A stretch of 64,000 bases of DNA from Ascoidea asiatica JCM 7603 (taxonomy: Eukaryota > Fungi > Ascomycota), in NCBI GenBank assembly GCA_001600695.1, contig BCKQ01000012.1, positions 89,440 to 153,439 on the forward strand. Direction: 5' to 3'. A program made the position numbers and the translations under genes. Under the pieces are notes generated by a model, which saw only the letters and a program-made list of their open reading frames with translations, was not told the origin of the DNA and ran no database searches. This document shows, in pieces, positions 59,870 through 64,000 of this stretch (the first letter of the stretch is position 1; each line of letters opens with the position of its first letter).

Positions 59870-61175
59870 TCAATTGTGAAGATAATTAAGTTGTTTAAAT
59901 AATCTGATGCTAAAGAAAAAGTCAAACAATTTTGTTTTTTTCTTGCTACTATGATTTGATTTAGTATATTAAATCTTTCTTTTTTTTGAATTTCCCTGAG
60001 TTTCAATATTTTAAAGATTCAATTTTTTGATCTATTAAATATTATAAAAATCCTTTAATTGATTAATCTTTTGTTTTTATCGTTTCAGCCAAAGATTTGA
60101 ATCGAGAATTTAATGAATTAAAATTAGTTGTTGATCATAAATGCATTAAAATTTGAATAAAAAAATGAATTTAATGTTAGTCTTTCAGAATATTAATATT
60201 GTTGAAAACTGTTAATTCAATTATAAACAATAGCGTTAAACTATGATAAATGTAAAGACAATGAATCAATTCCAAAATATGTTTAACTAAATACAAATTA
60301 GAGATTGCAATAAATAATGAATAATGAACAATTATTTAAAAAATAATAATTAATAAGTAACAATAAGCAATAATAAAATAATAGACAATAATGATTATAG
60401 AATAATAACTACAATAAACAATAAATAGAATTAATTAGGCAATTCTATTGAATAGCGTTAATATTTTGTTGTTCTCTTGAATAAAAGTTAACTAAAGTGC
60501 CACAGTACTGGTACTACTGTACTGCTAATAGTACACTCTGCAGACCTGACGACCTTCGGGCTCACTCAACTTTACTTAATTTCACTCACTTTTTGAAAGG
60601 TTCCAGAGAAATGAAATTTGCGGTAAAATCAGCTGGAGTGTTTGAGTACTGTTTAGCATAACTTCCGACCAATAACGTGCTTATACTCTCGTATAGATGA
60701 CGTCCGGTATTAGTGGTTCAAATCACCAGACTGAACTGTGCTTTCACAAACTTTAGAAGGCCATTTGCCCAACCTCAAATTTGTGGCAAGTGAGAAAAAA
60801 ATGCTTTTATTGGTTTTCGGGACTGTGCCCGAGTAGAGTACTACATGTGACTGTGCCACCTTATGCGTTCCCAATAAAAGAGGTTCTCCAGGCTAAGTTC
60901 AAAGTTATCCGGATCAAAAGCATATAGCTGTAGATAAAAGCTTGTTTTTCCTGCTTCCTGATTTAGACCTAAGAAACTTTAGATTCAGTGAATTTTTCAC
61001 TTTCCTCTCGTAAAAGGTTGCAATAATTTCTAACATTTAAATAGACGAAAAGAGTTCTAGAAATTTCAGTTAGTTTTTTAGCTTGAAACCAATTTTTTCT
61101 TGTTTAAAGTAGCATAAAATACTTGTATATAAATATCTTTTTAGTTTACAGATTTTTAACCTCATTTACCGGAAA

Positions 61176-62954
61176 ATGCTAAGAAATTCGTTTAGAACCA
61201 TATCGAATAAAAGAATATTCATCTCAAATTCGTTTATTTATAATCTTAGGGATCTAAATAAACGCAAACCAAATTATCAAAGTTTGTTAACTTTGAAAAA
61301 TGCTAGATTTTTTTCAAACAATCAAAATTCAAACTCAAATTCAAATTCAAATTCAAGCTTAAAAACATCTTTATTCATATCTTTTTCTTCAATTTTAATA
61401 ACAGGTGTAATTTCAAAATACTATTATGAAAACAAATATAATAATAATTATGTTCGAAAATTTTTGAATAATTCAATTTTAAACTTGAAAGATCTACAAT
61501 CTCCAGAATATTGTTCAGATGAAAATTTTGAATTAGCTAAAAAGGAAATTTTAGAAATTTTAAATAATGATCCAAATAATTATTCGATTAATGAAAATGA
61601 AATTTTAAATCATTCAGATAATCTTTTTAACTCTCATCATCCAGATTTAGTTAGAAATCAAATCCCAAAATTGATTTTATATCCAAATTCTGCTGAAGAA
61701 ATTTCAAAAATTTTAAAAATTGCAAATGCATATAAAATTCCAGTTGTACCTTTCTCTGGAGGGACTTCAATTGAAGGTCACTTTATTAATACAAGAAATG
61801 GTATAGCTTTAGATATAAATAAATTGAATAAAATTATCAAATTAAACGAAAAAGATTTTGATATTGTATTACAACCCGGTATTGGATGGCAAGAATTAGA
61901 TGAATATTTGAAACCATATAATTTAATGTTTGGTCCAGATCCAGGTGCTGGAGCTGAGATTGGTGGAATGATCGGTACTTCTTGTTCTGGTACTAATGCT
62001 TATAAATATGGTACAATGAAAGAAAATGTGTTAAATTTAACTGTAGTTTTACCTGACGGAACAATAATCAAAACTAAACAAAGACCAAAAAAAACCTCCG
62101 CAGGTTATAATTTAACTAGTTTATTTATTGGAAGTGAAGGTACTTTAGGCATTGTAACAGAAGCTACTTTGAAATTAAATAATAGACCAAAAGAAGAAAC
62201 TGTTGGAATTGTAACTTTCAATGACTTAAATGATGCTACCAATACTGTCACAAAAATCTTACAAAATGACTTAAAATTAAATGCAATGGAATTATTGGAT
62301 GATGAAATGATGAAATGTTTAAATTTTAGTGGTTTATGCACAAAGAAATGGATTGAAAAACCAACCATTTTATTTAAAATTCCTGATCCAATTAATTCTA
62401 ATATAAAACTTATCTCGAAAATTGCTAAAGAAAATAATTCAATAAAATTTGAATTTGCTAAAACAGAAGATGAAAAATTAGAGTTATGGTCTGCAAGAAA
62501 ACATATCTTTTGGTCAACTATTGAATATGGGAGAAAAATTTTAAACAATGAAAAAGCCGAAGTTTGGACTACTGATGTTGCGGTACCTGTAACAAATTTA
62601 GCTACATTAATATCAGAAACTCAACAAAGTTTTAAAAAATATCAAGATAAAGTTTATTCAACAATAGTTGGTCATGTTGGTGATGGAAATTTCCATTGTG
62701 TTTTTTTATTTAATAAGGAGGATTCAATATTAGCAAAAGAATTAATTGATACTATGACCAAAAGAGCAATTGAATTAGAAGGTACATGTACTGGTGAACA
62801 TGGTATTGGCTTTGGTAAAAGAACTTTTCTAGTTCAAGAATTGGGTGAAGATGCAATTTCTTTGATGCGGAAGATAAAATTAGCTATAGACCCAAATAGA
62901 ATTATGAATCCTGATAAAATCTTCAAAATTGATCCCAACGACATTGATCATTAA
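61176..62954 (+). CDS. DLD1: Mitochondrial D-lactate dehydrogenase (cytochrome), FAD-linked
   Basis: PFSGGTSIEGH, FGPDPGAGA.IGGM..TSCSGTNA, SAGYNLT.LFIGSEGTLG, GHVGDGNFH, GTCTGEHGIG. Confidence 0.95.
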   Translation: MLRNSFRTISNKRIFISNSFIYNLRDLNKRKPNYQSLLTLKNARFFSNNQNSNSNSNSNSSLKTSLFISFSSILITGVISKYYYENKYNNNYVRKFLNNSILNLKDLQSPEYCSDENFELAKKEILEILNNDPNNYSINENEILNHSDNLFNSHHPDLVRNQIPKLILYPNSAEEISKILKIANAYKIPVVPFSGGTSIEGHFINTRNGIALDINKLNKIIKLNEKDFDIVLQPGIGWQELDEYLKPYNLMFGPDPGAGAEIGGMIGTSCSGTNAYKYGTMKENVLNLTVVLPDGTIIKTKQRPKKTSAGYNLTSLFIGSEGTLGIVTEATLKLNNRPKEETVGIVTFNDLNDATNTVTKILQNDLKLNAMELLDDEMMKCLNFSGLCTKKWIEKPTILFKIPDPINSNIKLISKIAKENNSIKFEFAKTEDEKLELWSARKHIFWSTIEYGRKILNNEKAEVWTTDVAVPVTNLATLISETQQSFKKYQDKVYSTIVGHVGDGNFHCVFLFNKEDSILAKELIDTMTKRAIELEGTCTGEHGIGFGKRTFLVQELGEDAISLMRKIKLAIDPNRIMNPDKIFKIDPNDIDH

Positions 62955-63590
62955 CAGCAATATATTATTACTCAATATTTTTATTATAGATTTATATTAA
63001 TACTGCATATATATTCATTTTTTTTACAAAAGATTTTAGAACTAGGATAAGTATCTCTTTAATTTAAGGATCTATTCCTAGGTGTTAAGTGGATAATACA
63101 AATTTTTTAACGTTTTACCAATCTGAAAAAAAAGGGTATTTAGTTTAACATTTGAATATCATTATAAATATACATTACTTCCTACGGTATAACAAGTGGT
63201 GTATAGACGACAAATACTCGTAAAAAGAATGGCACATATCCTTAAATTAAAGGGACAAATATAAAACTAGGATTTTTCTGATTTTGTTTAAACCAAAATA
63301 AAATTTTCTAAAATTGTATAGAAAAACTTTATTTATATATGAAACGAAAAATGCAAGAAGAAAATAAAAACATATAAAACTACTAGATAAAACAAAATAT
63401 TTCTAAATAAAAATTCAAACAAAAACAATAGAAAAAACACTTAACAATAAACACAAATCGAAGATCTAAATTTCTTCCTTCTTAATTACAAATTTTTTTT
63501 CCCCTTAATCCAAAATTAGTTTCCTTGAAAAAATCAAAAAAATTAAATAAAAACCAAATTTGAAATTTTATATAAAATATATTTAGATGA

Positions 63591-64000
63591 TTAAAAATCA
63601 TTACCTGGTATAAGTAAACTATCATCATTTTCGAGTAAATTTTTGGTCTCGGTCATATTTGGATCCCAAGTGGCATCTGGCATTGCCAAATTAGCTCTTC
63701 TTCTTTCTCTCTCAAATTCTCTCCAACGTTTCATAACAATATGGGTGGCATCAAATTCATCATTCTCTCCTGCACCATGTCCTTCAGTTTTGACTTCACC
63801 AGTGACTTTCCTTGTGTCACCCCAACTGAAATCATCAAATTTCCAGTAGGCATAAGTTGGCAATACAAAATTCCATATAGGCAAAGCACATAAATATATT
63901 ATCATCCAAAGAAGATATGTAACTTTGGAGACAGTCACAACAATTAGGACTGCTGGAAGACCTAAAATAAGTCCCAATAAAACTAATGACATAATTGGAG
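63591..64000 (-). CDS. CHS3: Class IV chitin synthase, C-terminal end only (gene continues beyond the window)
   Basis: [52 protein letters not shown]. Confidence 0.92.
   Translation of the reverse strand, partial: PIMSLVLLGLILGLPAVLIVVTVSKVTYLLWMIIYLCALPIWNFVLPTYAYWKFDDFSWGDTRKVTGEVKTEGHGAGENDEFDATHIVMKRWREFERERRRANLAMPDATWDPNMTETKNLLENDDSLLIPGNDF

Overview
Very AT-rich, gene-dense nuclear DNA from a budding yeast (Saccharomycotina). Evidence: nearly intron-free genes, one GTATGT intron, Imh1/Ilm1/Irc25/Chs3/Mnn4-type genes, Asn-rich low-complexity inserts and a retained complex I subunit. The overall style suggests an Ascoidea-like lineage, but that is inference only. The window holds about 24 protein-coding genes (two cut by the window edges), one tRNA-Leu(AAG) and several microsatellites. 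I found no transposon, rRNA or CRISPR. I could not identify a clear multi-gene novel system. The best leads are: (i) an OCRL/INPP5B-type inositol 5-phosphatase with ASH and RhoGAP-like domains; (ii) two apparent pseudoenzymes, a pepsin-fold protein and an Mnn4/LicD protein; (iii) a long, exactly 10-bp-phased GAA/TTC array (step-type HSE) upstream of Hsp70; (iv) an unusual regulatory pattern of GC-rich promoter islands carrying GTCACATGAC and GGAAGTG words, plus TACWGTA palindromes just past stop codons; (v) a Ded1-family helicase with very large N/Q-rich tails and a perfect 105-bp in-frame duplication. All motif counts were made by eye and are not statistically tested.
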